Below are positions 27,600 to 41,670 of a DNA stretch of 64,000 nucleotides, piece after piece (the stretch's first letter is position 1; each line of letters begins with the position of its first letter). This DNA is from Eledone cirrhosa. Its lineage: Eukaryota. The stretch spans positions 259,594,001-259,658,000 of the forward strand of contig OZ024741.1 in assembly GCA_964016885.1 (NCBI GenBank), written 5' to 3'. Both the position numbers and the translations under genes were made by a program. Under the pieces are notes generated by a model. It was not told where the DNA came from. It saw only the letters and a program-made list of their open reading frames with translations, and did no database searches.

Positions 27600-28407
27600 T
27601 CGTAAGTCGAAACACTCGTAAGCCGAAACACTCGTGAGCCGAAACACTCGTAAGTCGGAACACTCGTAAGTCAGAACACTCGTAAGTCAGAACACTCGTA
27701 AGTTAGAACACTCGTAAGTCAGAACACTCGTAAGTCAGAACACTCGTAAGTCAAAACACTCGTATCGAAACACTCGTATGTCAAAACACCCGTAAGTCAA
27801 AACACTCGTAAGTCGAAACACTCGTAAGTCGAAACACTCGTAAGCCGAAACACTCGAAAGCCGAAACACTCGTAAGTCGGAACACTCGTAAGTCGGAACA
27901 CTCGTAAGTCAGAACACTCGTAAGTCAGAACACTCGTAAGTCAGAACACTCGTAAGTCGAAACACTCGTATCGAAACACTCGTATGTCAAAACACCCGTA
28001 AGTCAAAACACTCGTAAGTCGAAACACTTGTAAGTCGAAACACTCGTATGTCGAAACATCCGTAAATCAGAACACTCGTAAGTCGAAACACTCGTAAGTC
28101 GAAACACTCGTAAGCCGAAACACTCGTAAGTCGAAGCACTCGTATCGAAACACTCGTAAGTCGAAACACCCTTAAGTCAAAACACTCGTAAGCCAAAACA
28201 CTCGTAAGTCGAAACACTCGTAAGTCGGAACACTCGTAAGTCAGAACACTCGTAAGTCAGAACACTCGTAAGTGGAAACACGCGTAAGTCGAAAGACCCG
28301 TAAGTCAAAAATCTCGTAAGTCAAAACACTCGTAAGCCGAAACACTCGTAAGTCGAAACACTCGTAAGTCGAAACACTCGTAAGTCGAAACATTCGTAAA
28401 GCGAAAC

Positions 28408-28476
28408 GTATAAATAAAGATTAATGTAATGAACTTGAAAAGCATAGATATTTGAAACCGCGTCTATTTGTTATTT
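28408..28476 (+). repeat. 69-bp AT-rich element, subtype A
   Basis: Matches 1536-1604. Confidence 0.95.
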
Positions 28477-30839
28477 TCGTAAGTCGAAACACTCGTAAGT
28501 CAGAACACTCGTAAGTCAGAACACTCTTAAGTCAGAACACTCGTATCGAAACACGTATGTCAAAACACCCGTAAGTCAAAACACTCGTAAGTCGAAACAC
28601 TCGTAAGTCGAAACACTCGTAAGCCGAAACAATCGTAAGTCAAAACACTCGTAAGTCGAAACACTCGTAAGCCGAAAATACTCGTAAGTCGGAACACCCG
28701 TAAGCCGAAACCCTCGTAGGTCGGAACACTCGTAAGTCAAAACACTCGTAAGTCGAAACACCCGTAAGTCGAAACACTCGTAAGTCGAAACACCCGTAAG
28801 TCGAAACATCCGTAAGTCAAAACACTCGTATGTCGAAACACTCGTAAGCCGAAACACTCGTAAGTCAGAACACTCGTAAGTCAGAACACTCGTAAGTCGA
28901 AACACTCATAAGTCGAAACACTCGTAAGTCGAAACACCCGTAAGTCGAAACACCCGTAAGTCGAAACACTCGTATGTCGAATAACTCGTAAGCCGAAACA
29001 CCGTAAGTCAAAACACTCGTAAGTCGAAACACTCGTAAGTCGAAACACCCATAAGCCGAAACATTCGTAAGCCAAAACATTCGTAAGTCGAAACACTCGT
29101 AAACCGAAACACTCGTAAGCCAAAACATTCGTAAGTCGAAACACTCGTAAGTCGAAACACCCATAGCCGAAACACTTGTAAGTCTGAACACACGTAAGTC
29201 AGAACACCCGTAAGTCAGAACACTCGTAAGTCAGAACACTCGTAAGTCAGAACACTCGTAAGTCAGAGCACTCGTATCGAAACACTCGTATGTCAAAACA
29301 CCCGTAAGTCAAAACACTCGTAAGTCGAAACACTCGTAAGCCGAAACACCGTAAGCCAAAACACTCGTAAGTCGAAACACCCGTAAGTCGGAACACTCGT
29401 AAGTCGAAACACTCGTAAGTCGAAACACTCGTAAGCCGAAACACTCGTAAGCCGAAACACTCGTAAGTCGGAACACTCGTAAGTCGGAACACTCGTAAGT
29501 CAGAACACTCGTAAGTCAGAACACTCGTAAGTCAGAACACTCGTAAGTCAGAACACTCGTAAGTCGAAACACTCGTATCGAAACACTCGTATGTCAAAAC
29601 ACCCGTAAGTCAAAACACTCGTAAGTCGAAACACTCGTAAGTCGAAACATTCGTATGTCGAAACATCCGTAAATCAGAACACTCGTAAGTCGAAACACTC
29701 GTAAGTCGAAACACTCGTAAGCCGAAACACTCGTAAGTCGAAGCACTCGTATCGAAACACTCGTAAGTCGAAACACCCTTAAGTCAAAACACTCGTAAGC
29801 CAAAACACTCGTAAGTCGAAACACTCGTAAGTCGGAACACTCGTAAGTCAGAACACTCGTAAGTGGAAACACGCGTAAGTCGAAACACTCATAAGTCGAA
29901 ACACTCGTAAGTCGAAACACCCGTAAGTCGAAACACCCGTAAGTCGAAACACTCGTATGTCGAATAACTCGTAAGCCGAAACACCGTAAGTAAAAACACT
30001 CGTAAGTCGAAACACTCGTAAGTCGAAACACCCATAAGCCGAAACACTCGTAAGCCAAAACATTCGTAAGTCGAAACACTCGTAAACCGAAACACTCGTA
30101 AGCCAAAACATTCGTAAGTCGAAACACTCGTAAGTCGAAACACCCATAGCCGAAACACTCGTAAGTCTGAACACACGTAAGTCAGAACAGCCGTAAGTCA
30201 GAACACTCGTAAGTCAGAACACTCGTAAGTCAGAACACTCGTAAGTCAGAGCACTCGTATCGAAACACTCGTATGTCAAAACACCCGTAAGTCAAAACAC
30301 TCGTAAGTCGAAACACTCGTAAGCCGAAACACCGTAAGCCAAAACACTCGTAAGTCGAAACACCCGTAAGTCGGAACACTCGTAAGTCGAAACACTCGTA
30401 AGTCGAAACACTCGTAAGCCGAAACACTCGTAAGCCGAAACACTCGTAAGTCGGAACACTCGTAAGTCGGAACACTCGTAAGTCAGAACACTCGTAAGTC
30501 AGAACACTCGTAAGTCAGAACACTCGTAAGTCGAAACACTCGTAAGTCGAAACACTCGTAAGCCGAAACACTCGTAAGTCGAAGCACTCGTATCGAAACA
30601 CTCGTAAGTCGAAACACCCTTAAGTCAAAACACTCGTAAGCCAAAACACTCGTAAGTCGAAACACTCGTAAGTCGGAACACTCGTAAGTCAGAACACTCG
30701 TAAGTCAGAACACTCGTAAGTGGAAACACGCGTAAGTCGAAAGACCCGTAAGTCAAAAATCTCGTAAGTCAAAACACTCGTAAGCCGAAACACTCGTAAG
30801 TCGAAACACTCGTAAGTCGAAACATTCGTAAAGCGAAAC

Positions 30840-30908
30840 GTATAAATAAAGATTAATGTAATGAACTTGAAAAGCATAGATATTTGAAACCGCGTCTATT
30901 TGTTATTT
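30840..30908 (+). repeat. 69-bp AT-rich element, subtype A
   Basis: Matches 1536-1604. Confidence 0.95.
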
Positions 30909-31909
30909 TCGTAAGTCGAAACACTCGTAAGTCAGAACACTCGTAAGTCAGAACACTCGTATCGAAACACGTATGTCAAAACACCCGTAAGTCAAAACAC
31001 TCGTAAGTCGAAACACTCGTAAGTCGAAACACTCGTAAGCCGAAACAATCGTAAGTCAAAACACTCGTAAGTCGAAACACTCGTAAGCCGAAAATACTCG
31101 TAAGTCGGAACACCCGTAAGCCGAAACCCTCGTAGGTCGGAACACTCGTAAGTCGAAACACTCTTAAGTCGAAACACCCGTAAGTCGAAACACTCGTAAG
31201 TCGAAACACCCGTAAGTCGAAACATCCGTAAGTCAAAACACTCGTATGTCGAAACACTCGTAAGCCGAAACACTCGTAAGTCGGAACACTCGCAAGTCAG
31301 AACACTCGTAAGTCAGAACACTCGTAAGTCGAAACACTCGTAAGTCGAAACACCCGTAAGTCGAAACGCCCGTAAGTCAAAACACTCGTATGTCGAAACA
31401 CTCGCAAGCCGAAAAACCGTAAGTCAAAACACTCGTAAGTCGAAACACTCGTAAATCGAAACACTCGTAAGCCGAAACACTCGTAAGCGAAAACATTCGT
31501 TAGTCGAAACACTCGTAACCCGAAACACTCGTAAGTCGAAACACTCGAAAGCCGAAACACTCGTAAGTCGAAACACTCATAAGCCGAAACACTCGTAAGT
31601 CGGAACACTCGTAAGTCAGAACACCCGTAAATCAGAACACTCGTAGTCAGAACACTCGTAAGTCGAAACACTCGTAAGCCGAAACACTCGCAAGTCGAAG
31701 CACTCGTAATCCGAAACACTCTTAAGTCGAAACACTCGTAAGTCGGAACACTCGTAAGTCAGAACACTCGTAAGTCAGAACACTCGTAAGTGGAAACACG
31801 CGTAAGTCGAAAGACCCGTAAGTCAAAAATCTCGTAAGTCAAAACACTCGTAAGCCGAAACACTCGTAAGTCGAAACACTCGTAAGTCGAAACATTCGTA
31901 AAGCGAAAC

Positions 31910-31978
31910 GTTTAAGTAAAGATTAATGTAATGAACTTGAAAAGCATAGATATTTGAAACCGCGTCTATTTGTTATTT
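31910..31978 (+). repeat. 69-bp AT-rich element, subtype D
   Basis: Starts GTTTAAGTAAAG, otherwise as subtype A. Confidence 0.95.
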
Positions 31979-33090
31979 TCGTAAGTCGAAACACTCGTAA
32001 GTCAGAACACTCGTAAGTCAGAACACTCGTATCGAAACACGTATGTCAAAACACCCGTAAGTCAAAACACTCGTAAGTCGAAACACTCGTAAGTCGAAAC
32101 ACTCGTAAGCCGAAACAATCGTAAGTCAAAACACTCGTAAGTCGAAACACTCGTAAGCCGAAAATACTCGTAAGTCGGAACACCCGTAAGCCGAAACCCT
32201 CGTAGGTCGGAACACTCGTAAGTCGAAACACTCTTAAGTCGAAACACCCGTAAGTCGAAACACTCGTAAGTCGAAACACCCGTAAGTCGAAACATCCGTA
32301 AGTCAAAACACTCGTATGTCGAAACACTCGTAAGCCGAAACACTCGTAAGTCGGAACACTCGCAAGTCAGAACACTCGTAAGTCAGAACACTCGTAAGTC
32401 GAAACACTCGTAAGTCGAAACACCCGTAAGTCGAAACGCCCGTAAGTCAAAACACTCGTATGTCGAAACACTCGCAAGCCGAAAAACCGTAAGTCAAAAC
32501 ACTCGTAAGTCGAAACACTCGTAAATCGAAACACTCGTAAGCCGAAACACTCGTAAGCGAAAACATTCGTTAGTCGAAACACTCGTAACCCGAAACACTC
32601 GTAAGTCGAAACACTCGAAAGCCGAAACACTCGTAAGTCGAAACACTCATAAGCCGAAACACTCGTAAGTCGGAACACTCGTAAGTCAGAACACCCGTAA
32701 ATCAGAACACTCGTAGTCAGAACACTCGTAAGTCGAAACACTCGTAAGCCGAAACACTCGCAAGTCGAAGCACTCGTAATCCGAAACACTCTTAAGTCGA
32801 AACACTCGTAAGTCGGAACACTCGTAAGTCAGAACACTCGTAAGTCAGAACACTCGTAAGTCGAAACACTCGTAAGCCGAAACATCCGTAAGTCAAAACA
32901 TCCGTAAGTCAAAACATTCGTAAGTCGAAACACCCGTAGTCGAAACACTCGCAAGTCGAAACACTCGTAAGTCGAAACACGCGTAAGTCGAAACACATGT
33001 AAGTCAAAACACTCGTAAGTCAAAACACTCGTAAGCCGAAACACTCGTAAGTCGAAACACTCGTAAGTCGAAACACTCGTAAAGCGAAAC

Positions 33091-33159
33091 GTATCAATAA
33101 AGATTAATGTAATGAATTTGAAAAGCATAGAGATTTGAAACCGCGTCTATTTGTTATTT
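33091..33159 (+). repeat. 69-bp AT-rich element, subtype B
   Basis: Matches 2717-2785. Confidence 0.95.
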
Positions 33160-33967
33160 TCGTAAGTCGAAACACTCGTAAGCCGAAACACTCGTGAGCC
33201 GAAACACTCGTAAGTCGGAACACTCGTAAGTCAGAACACTCGTAAGTCAGAACACTCGTAAGTTAGAACACTCGTAAGTCAGAACACTCGTAAGTCAGAA
33301 CACTCGTAAGTCAAAACACTCGTATCGAAACACTCGTATGTCAAAACACCCGTAAGTCAAAACACTCGTAAGTCGAAACACTCGTAAGTCGAAACACTCG
33401 TAAGCCGAAACACTCGAAAGCCGAAACACTCGTAAGTCGGAACACTCGTAAGTCGGAACACTCGTAAGTCAGAACACTCGTAAGTCAGAACACTCGTAAG
33501 TCAGAACACTCGTAAGTCAGAACACTCGTAAGTCGAAACACTCGTATCGAAACACTCGTATGTCAAAACACCCGTAAGTCAAAACACTCGTAAGTCGAAA
33601 CACTTGTAAGTCGAAACACTCGTATGTCGAAACATCCGTAAATCAGAACACTCGTAAGTCGAAACACTCGTAAGTCGAAACACTCGTAAGCCGAAACACT
33701 CGTAAGTCGAAGCACTCGTATCGAAACACTCGTAAGTCGAAACACCCTTAAGTCAAAACACTCGTAAGCCAAAACACTCGTAAGTCGAAACACTCGTAAG
33801 TCGGAACACTCGTAAGTCAGAACACTCGTAAGTCAGAACACTCGTAAGTGGAAACACGCGTAAGTCGAAAGACCCGTAAGTCAAAAATCTCGTAAGTCAA
33901 AACACTCGTAAGCCGAAACACTCGTAAGTCGAAACACTCGTAAGTCGAAACATTCGTAAAGCGAAAC

Positions 33968-34036
33968 GTATAAATAAAGATTAATGTAATGAACTTGAAA
34001 AGCATAGATATTTGAAACCGCGTCTATTTGTTATTT
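33968..34036 (+). repeat. 69-bp AT-rich element, subtype A
   Basis: Matches 1536-1604. Confidence 0.95.
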
Positions 34037-35148
34037 TCGTAAGTCGAAACACTCGTAAGTCAGAACACTCGTAAGTCAGAACACTCGTATCGAAACACGT
34101 ATGTCAAAACACCCGTAAGTCAAAACACTCGTAAGTCGAAACACTCGTAAGTCGAAACACTCGTAAGCCGAAACAATCGTAAGTCAAAACACTCGTAAGT
34201 CGAAACACTCGTAAGCCGAAAATACTCGTAAGTCGGAACACCCGTAAGCCGAAACCCTCGTAGGTCGGAACACTCGTAAGTCGAAACACTCTTAAGTCGA
34301 AACACCCGTAAGTCGAAACACTCGTAAGTCGAAACACCCGTAAGTCGAAACATCCGTAAGTCAAAACACTCGTATGTCGAAACACTCGTAAGCCGAAACA
34401 CTCGTAAGTCGGAACACTCGCAAGTCAGAACACTCGTAAGTCAGAACACTCGTAAGTCGAAACACTCGTAAGTCGAAACACCCGTAAGTCGAAACGCCCG
34501 TAAGTCAAAACACTCGTATGTCGAAACACTCGCAAGCCGAAAAACCGTAAGTCAAAACACTCGTAAGTCGAAACACTCGTAAATCGAAACACTCGTAAGC
34601 CGAAACACTCGTAAGCGAAAACATTCGTTAGTCGAAACACTCGTAACCCGAAACACTCGTAAGTCGAAACACTCGAAAGCCGAAACACTCGTAAGTCGAA
34701 ACACTCATAAGCCGAAACACTCGTAAGTCGGAACACTCGTAAGTCAGAACACCCGTAAATCAGAACACTCGTAGTCAGAACACTCGTAAGTCGAAACACT
34801 CGTAAGCCGAAACACTCGCAAGTCGAAGCACTCGTAATCCGAAACACTCTTAAGTCGAAACACTCGTAAGTCGGAACACTCGTAAGTCAGAACACTCGTA
34901 AGTCAGAACACTCGTAAGTCGAAACACTCGTAAGCCGAAACATCCGTAAGTCAAAACATCCGTAAGTCAAAACATTCGTAAGTCGAAACACCCGTAGTCG
35001 AAACACTCGCAAGTCGAAACACTCGTAAGTCGAAACACGCGTAAGTCGAAACACATGTAAGTCAAAACACTCGTAAGTCAAAACACTCGTAAGCCGAAAC
35101 ACTCGTAAGTCGAAACACTCGTAAGTCGAAACACTCGTAAAGCGAAAC

Positions 35149-35217
35149 GTATCAATAAAGATTAATGTAATGAATTTGAAAAGCATAGAGATTTGAAACC
35201 GCGTCTATTTGTTATTT
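35149..35217 (+). repeat. 69-bp AT-rich element, subtype B
   Basis: Matches 2717-2785. Confidence 0.95.
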
Positions 35218-36025
35218 TCGTAAGTCGAAACACTCGTAAGCCGAAACACTCGTGAGCCGAAACACTCGTAAGTCGGAACACTCGTAAGTCAGAACACTCG
35301 TAAGTCAGAACACTCGTAAGTTAGAACACTCGTAAGTCAGAACACTCGTAAGTCAGAACACTCGTAAGTCAAAACACTCGTATCGAAACACTCGTATGTC
35401 AAAACACCCGTAAGTCAAAACACTCGTAAGTCGAAACACTCGTAAGTCGAAACACTCGTAAGCCGAAACACTCGAAAGCCGAAACACTCGTAAGTCGGAA
35501 CACTCGTAAGTCGGAACACTCGTAAGTCAGAACACTCGTAAGTCAGAACACTCGTAAGTCAGAACACTCGTAAGTCGAAACACTCGTATCGAAACACTCG
35601 TATGTCAAAACACCCGTAAGTCAAAACACTCGTAAGTCGAAACACTTGTAAGTCGAAACACTCGTATGTCGAAACATCCGTAAATCAGAACACTCGTAAG
35701 TCGAAACACTCGTAAGTCGAAACACTCGTAAGCCGAAACACTCGTAAGTCGAAGCACTCGTATCGAAACACTCGTAAGTCGAAACACCCTTAAGTCAAAA
35801 CACTCGTAAGCCAAAACACTCGTAAGTCGAAACACTCGTAAGTCGGAACACTCGTAAGTCAGAACACTCGTAAGTCAGAACACTCGTAAGTGGAAACACG
35901 CGTAAGTCGAAAGACCCGTAAGTCAAAAATCTCGTAAGTCAAAACACTCGTAAGCCGAAACACTCGTAAGTCGAAACACTCGTAAGTCGAAACACTCGTA
36001 AGTCGAAACATTCGTAAAGCGAAAC

Positions 36026-36094
36026 GTATAAATAAAGATTAATGTAATGAACTTGAAAAGCATAGATATTTGAAACCGCGTCTATTTGTTATTT
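36026..36094 (+). repeat. 69-bp AT-rich element, subtype A
   Basis: Matches 1536-1604. Confidence 0.95.
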
Positions 36095-38457
36095 TCGTAA
36101 GTCGAAACACTCGTAAGTCAGAACACTCGTAAGTCAGAACACTCTTAAGTCAGAACACTCGTATCGAAACACGTATGTCAAAACACCCGTAAGTCAAAAC
36201 ACTCGTAAGTCGAAACACTCGTAAGTCGAAACACTCGTAAGCCGAAACAATCGTAAGTCAAAACACTCGTAAGTCGAAACACTCGTAAGCCGAAAATACT
36301 CGTAAGTCGGAACACCCGTAAGCCGAAACCCTCGTAGGTCGGAACACTCGTAAGTCAAAACACTCGTAAGTCGAAACACCCGTAAGTCGAAACACTCGTA
36401 AGTCGAAACACCCGTAAGTCGAAACATCCGTAAGTCAAAACACTCGTATGTCGAAACACTCGTAAGCCGAAACACTCGTAAGTCAGAACACTCGTAAGTC
36501 AGAACACTCGTAAGTCGAAACACTCATAAGTCGAAACACTCGTAAGTCGAAACACCCGTAAGTCGAAACACCCGTAAGTCGAAACACTCGTATGTCGAAT
36601 AACTCGTAAGCCGAAACACCGTAAGTCAAAACACTCGTAAGTCGAAACACTCGTAAGTCGAAACACCCATAAGCCGAAACATTCGTAAGCCAAAACATTC
36701 GTAAGTCGAAACACTCGTAAACCGAAACACTCGTAAGCCAAAACATTCGTAAGTCGAAACACTCGTAAGTCGAAACACCCATAGCCGAAACACTTGTAAG
36801 TCTGAACACACGTAAGTCAGAACACCCGTAAGTCAGAACACTCGTAAGTCAGAACACTCGTAAGTCAGAACACTCGTAAGTCAGAGCACTCGTATCGAAA
36901 CACTCGTATGTCAAAACACCCGTAAGTCAAAACACTCGTAAGTCGAAACACTCGTAAGCCGAAACACCGTAAGCCAAAACACTCGTAAGTCGAAACACCC
37001 GTAAGTCGGAACACTCGTAAGTCGAAACACTCGTAAGTCGAAACACTCGTAAGCCGAAACACTCGTAAGCCGAAACACTCGTAAGTCGGAACACTCGTAA
37101 GTCGGAACACTCGTAAGTCAGAACACTCGTAAGTCAGAACACTCGTAAGTCAGAACACTCGTAAGTCAGAACACTCGTAAGTCGAAACACTCGTATCGAA
37201 ACACTCGTATGTCAAAACACCCGTAAGTCAAAACACTCGTAAGTCGAAACACTCGTAAGTCGAAACATTCGTATGTCGAAACATCCGTAAATCAGAACAC
37301 TCGTAAGTCGAAACACTCGTAAGTCGAAACACTCGTAAGCCGAAACACTCGTAAGTCGAAGCACTCGTATCGAAACACTCGTAAGTCGAAACACCCTTAA
37401 GTCAAAACACTCGTAAGCCAAAACACTCGTAAGTCGAAACACTCGTAAGTCGGAACACTCGTAAGTCAGAACACTCGTAAGTGGAAACACGCGTAAGTCG
37501 AAACACTCATAAGTCGAAACACTCGTAAGTCGAAACACCCGTAAGTCGAAACACCCGTAAGTCGAAACACTCGTATGTCGAATAACTCGTAAGCCGAAAC
37601 ACCGTAAGTAAAAACACTCGTAAGTCGAAACACTCGTAAGTCGAAACACCCATAAGCCGAAACACTCGTAAGCCAAAACATTCGTAAGTCGAAACACTCG
37701 TAAACCGAAACACTCGTAAGCCAAAACATTCGTAAGTCGAAACACTCGTAAGTCGAAACACCCATAGCCGAAACACTCGTAAGTCTGAACACACGTAAGT
37801 CAGAACAGCCGTAAGTCAGAACACTCGTAAGTCAGAACACTCGTAAGTCAGAACACTCGTAAGTCAGAGCACTCGTATCGAAACACTCGTATGTCAAAAC
37901 ACCCGTAAGTCAAAACACTCGTAAGTCGAAACACTCGTAAGCCGAAACACCGTAAGCCAAAACACTCGTAAGTCGAAACACCCGTAAGTCGGAACACTCG
38001 TAAGTCGAAACACTCGTAAGTCGAAACACTCGTAAGCCGAAACACTCGTAAGCCGAAACACTCGTAAGTCGGAACACTCGTAAGTCGGAACACTCGTAAG
38101 TCAGAACACTCGTAAGTCAGAACACTCGTAAGTCAGAACACTCGTAAGTCGAAACACTCGTAAGTCGAAACACTCGTAAGCCGAAACACTCGTAAGTCGA
38201 AGCACTCGTATCGAAACACTCGTAAGTCGAAACACCCTTAAGTCAAAACACTCGTAAGCCAAAACACTCGTAAGTCGAAACACTCGTAAGTCGGAACACT
38301 CGTAAGTCAGAACACTCGTAAGTCAGAACACTCGTAAGTGGAAACACGCGTAAGTCGAAAGACCCGTAAGTCAAAAATCTCGTAAGTCAAAACACTCGTA
38401 AGCCGAAACACTCGTAAGTCGAAACACTCGTAAGTCGAAACATTCGTAAAGCGAAAC

Positions 38458-38526
38458 GTATAAATAAAGATTAATGTAATGAACTTGAAAAGCATAGATA
38501 TTTGAAACCGCGTCTATTTGTTATTT
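38458..38526 (+). repeat. 69-bp AT-rich element, subtype A
   Basis: Matches 1536-1604. Confidence 0.95.
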
Positions 38527-39527
38527 TCGTAAGTCGAAACACTCGTAAGTCAGAACACTCGTAAGTCAGAACACTCGTATCGAAACACGTATGTCAAAAC
38601 ACCCGTAAGTCAAAACACTCGTAAGTCGAAACACTCGTAAGTCGAAACACTCGTAAGCCGAAACAATCGTAAGTCAAAACACTCGTAAGTCGAAACACTC
38701 GTAAGCCGAAAATACTCGTAAGTCGGAACACCCGTAAGCCGAAACCCTCGTAGGTCGGAACACTCGTAAGTCGAAACACTCTTAAGTCGAAACACCCGTA
38801 AGTCGAAACACTCGTAAGTCGAAACACCCGTAAGTCGAAACATCCGTAAGTCAAAACACTCGTATGTCGAAACACTCGTAAGCCGAAACACTCGTAAGTC
38901 GGAACACTCGCAAGTCAGAACACTCGTAAGTCAGAACACTCGTAAGTCGAAACACTCGTAAGTCGAAACACCCGTAAGTCGAAACGCCCGTAAGTCAAAA
39001 CACTCGTATGTCGAAACACTCGCAAGCCGAAAAACCGTAAGTCAAAACACTCGTAAGTCGAAACACTCGTAAATCGAAACACTCGTAAGCCGAAACACTC
39101 GTAAGCGAAAACATTCGTTAGTCGAAACACTCGTAACCCGAAACACTCGTAAGTCGAAACACTCGAAAGCCGAAACACTCGTAAGTCGAAACACTCATAA
39201 GCCGAAACACTCGTAAGTCGGAACACTCGTAAGTCAGAACACCCGTAAATCAGAACACTCGTAGTCAGAACACTCGTAAGTCGAAACACTCGTAAGCCGA
39301 AACACTCGCAAGTCGAAGCACTCGTAATCCGAAACACTCTTAAGTCGAAACACTCGTAAGTCGGAACACTCGTAAGTCAGAACACTCGTAAGTCAGAACA
39401 CTCGTAAGTGGAAACACGCGTAAGTCGAAAGACCCGTAAGTCAAAAATCTCGTAAGTCAAAACACTCGTAAGCCGAAACACTCGTAAGTCGAAACACTCG
39501 TAAGTCGAAACATTCGTAAAGCGAAAC

Positions 39528-39596
39528 GTTTAAGTAAAGATTAATGTAATGAACTTGAAAAGCATAGATATTTGAAACCGCGTCTATTTGTTATTT
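39528..39596 (+). repeat. 69-bp AT-rich element, subtype D
   Basis: Matches 31910-31978. Confidence 0.95.
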
Positions 39597-40708
39597 TCGT
39601 AAGTCGAAACACTCGTAAGTCAGAACACTCGTAAGTCAGAACACTCGTATCGAAACACGTATGTCAAAACACCCGTAAGTCAAAACACTCGTAAGTCGAA
39701 ACACTCGTAAGTCGAAACACTCGTAAGCCGAAACAATCGTAAGTCAAAACACTCGTAAGTCGAAACACTCGTAAGCCGAAAATACTCGTAAGTCGGAACA
39801 CCCGTAAGCCGAAACCCTCGTAGGTCGGAACACTCGTAAGTCGAAACACTCTTAAGTCGAAACACCCGTAAGTCGAAACACTCGTAAGTCGAAACACCCG
39901 TAAGTCGAAACATCCGTAAGTCAAAACACTCGTATGTCGAAACACTCGTAAGCCGAAACACTCGTAAGTCGGAACACTCGCAAGTCAGAACACTCGTAAG
40001 TCAGAACACTCGTAAGTCGAAACACTCGTAAGTCGAAACACCCGTAAGTCGAAACGCCCGTAAGTCAAAACACTCGTATGTCGAAACACTCGCAAGCCGA
40101 AAAACCGTAAGTCAAAACACTCGTAAGTCGAAACACTCGTAAATCGAAACACTCGTAAGCCGAAACACTCGTAAGCGAAAACATTCGTTAGTCGAAACAC
40201 TCGTAACCCGAAACACTCGTAAGTCGAAACACTCGAAAGCCGAAACACTCGTAAGTCGAAACACTCATAAGCCGAAACACTCGTAAGTCGGAACACTCGT
40301 AAGTCAGAACACCCGTAAATCAGAACACTCGTAGTCAGAACACTCGTAAGTCGAAACACTCGTAAGCCGAAACACTCGCAAGTCGAAGCACTCGTAATCC
40401 GAAACACTCTTAAGTCGAAACACTCGTAAGTCGGAACACTCGTAAGTCAGAACACTCGTAAGTCAGAACACTCGTAAGTCGAAACACTCGTAAGCCGAAA
40501 CATCCGTAAGTCAAAACATCCGTAAGTCAAAACATTCGTAAGTCGAAACACCCGTAGTCGAAACACTCGCAAGTCGAAACACTCGTAAGTCGAAACACGC
40601 GTAAGTCGAAACACATGTAAGTCAAAACACTCGTAAGTCAAAACACTCGTAAGCCGAAACACTCGTAAGTCGAAACACTCGTAAGTCGAAACACTCGTAA
40701 AGCGAAAC

Positions 40709-40777
40709 GTATCAATAAAGATTAATGTAATGAATTTGAAAAGCATAGAGATTTGAAACCGCGTCTATTTGTTATTT
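40709..40777 (+). repeat. 69-bp AT-rich element, subtype B
   Basis: Matches 2717-2785. Confidence 0.95.
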
Positions 40778-41601
40778 TCGTAAGTCGAAACACTCGTAAG
40801 CCGAAACACTCGTGAGCCGAAACACTCGTAAGTCGGAACACTCGTAAGTCAGAACACTCGTAAGTCAGAACACTCGTAAGTTAGAACACTCGTAAGTCAG
40901 AACACTCGTAAGTCAGAACACTCGTAAGTCAAAACACTCGTATCGAAACACTCGTATGTCAAAACACCCGTAAGTCAAAACACTCGTAAGTCGAAACACT
41001 CGTAAGTCGAAACACTCGTAAGCCGAAACACTCGAAAGCCGAAACACTCGTAAGTCGGAACACTCGTAAGTCGGAACACTCGTAAGTCAGAACACTCGTA
41101 AGTCAGAACACTCGTAAGTCAGAACACTCGTAAGTCAGAACACTCGTAAGTCGAAACACTCGTATCGAAACACTCGTATGTCAAAACACCCGTAAGTCAA
41201 AACACTCGTAAGTCGAAACACTTGTAAGTCGAAACACTCGTATGTCGAAACATCCGTAAATCAGAACACTCGTAAGTCGAAACACTCGTAAGTCGAAACA
41301 CTCGTAAGCCGAAACACTCGTAAGTCGAAGCACTCGTATCGAAACACTCGTAAGTCGAAACACCCTTAAGTCAAAACACTCGTAAGCCAAAACACTCGTA
41401 AGTCGAAACACTCGTAAGTCGGAACACTCGTAAGTCAGAACACTCGTAAGTCAGAACACTCGTAAGTGGAAACACGCGTAAGTCGAAAGACCCGTAAGTC
41501 AAAAATCTCGTAAGTCAAAACACTCGTAAGCCGAAACACTCGTAAGTCGAAACACTCGTAAGTCGAAACACTCGTAAGTCGAAACATTCGTAAAGCGAAA
41601 C

Positions 41602-41670
41602 GTATAAATAAAGATTAATGTAATGAACTTGAAAAGCATAGATATTTGAAACCGCGTCTATTTGTTATTT
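41602..41670 (+). repeat. 69-bp AT-rich element, subtype A
   Basis: Matches 1536-1604. Confidence 0.95.

Larger units (their letters stand above)
15100..29850 (+). repeat. ~5.6-kb block (~15.1-20.7 kb) repeated at +9,120/9,121 (~24.2-29.85 kb); boundaries approximate
   Basis: Landmarks 15308/24428, 16091/25211, 17079/26199, 18149/27269, 19455/28576, 20473/29594; same insert order A-C-A-B-A. Confidence 0.85.
30689..32828 (+). repeat. Tandem duplication of a 1,070-bp module (recurs at ~38307-40446 and ~48405-50544)
   Basis: Landmarks 30976/32046 and 31297/32367; inserts at 30840 (A) and 31910 (D) are 1,070 bp apart. Confidence 0.88.
25950..41540 (+). repeat. Tandem duplication, unit 7,618 bp (~2 copies); boundaries approximate
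   Basis: Landmarks 26199/33817, 28576/36194, 29594/37212, 32829/40447, 33563/41181; subtype-D inserts at 31910/39528. Confidence 0.9.
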
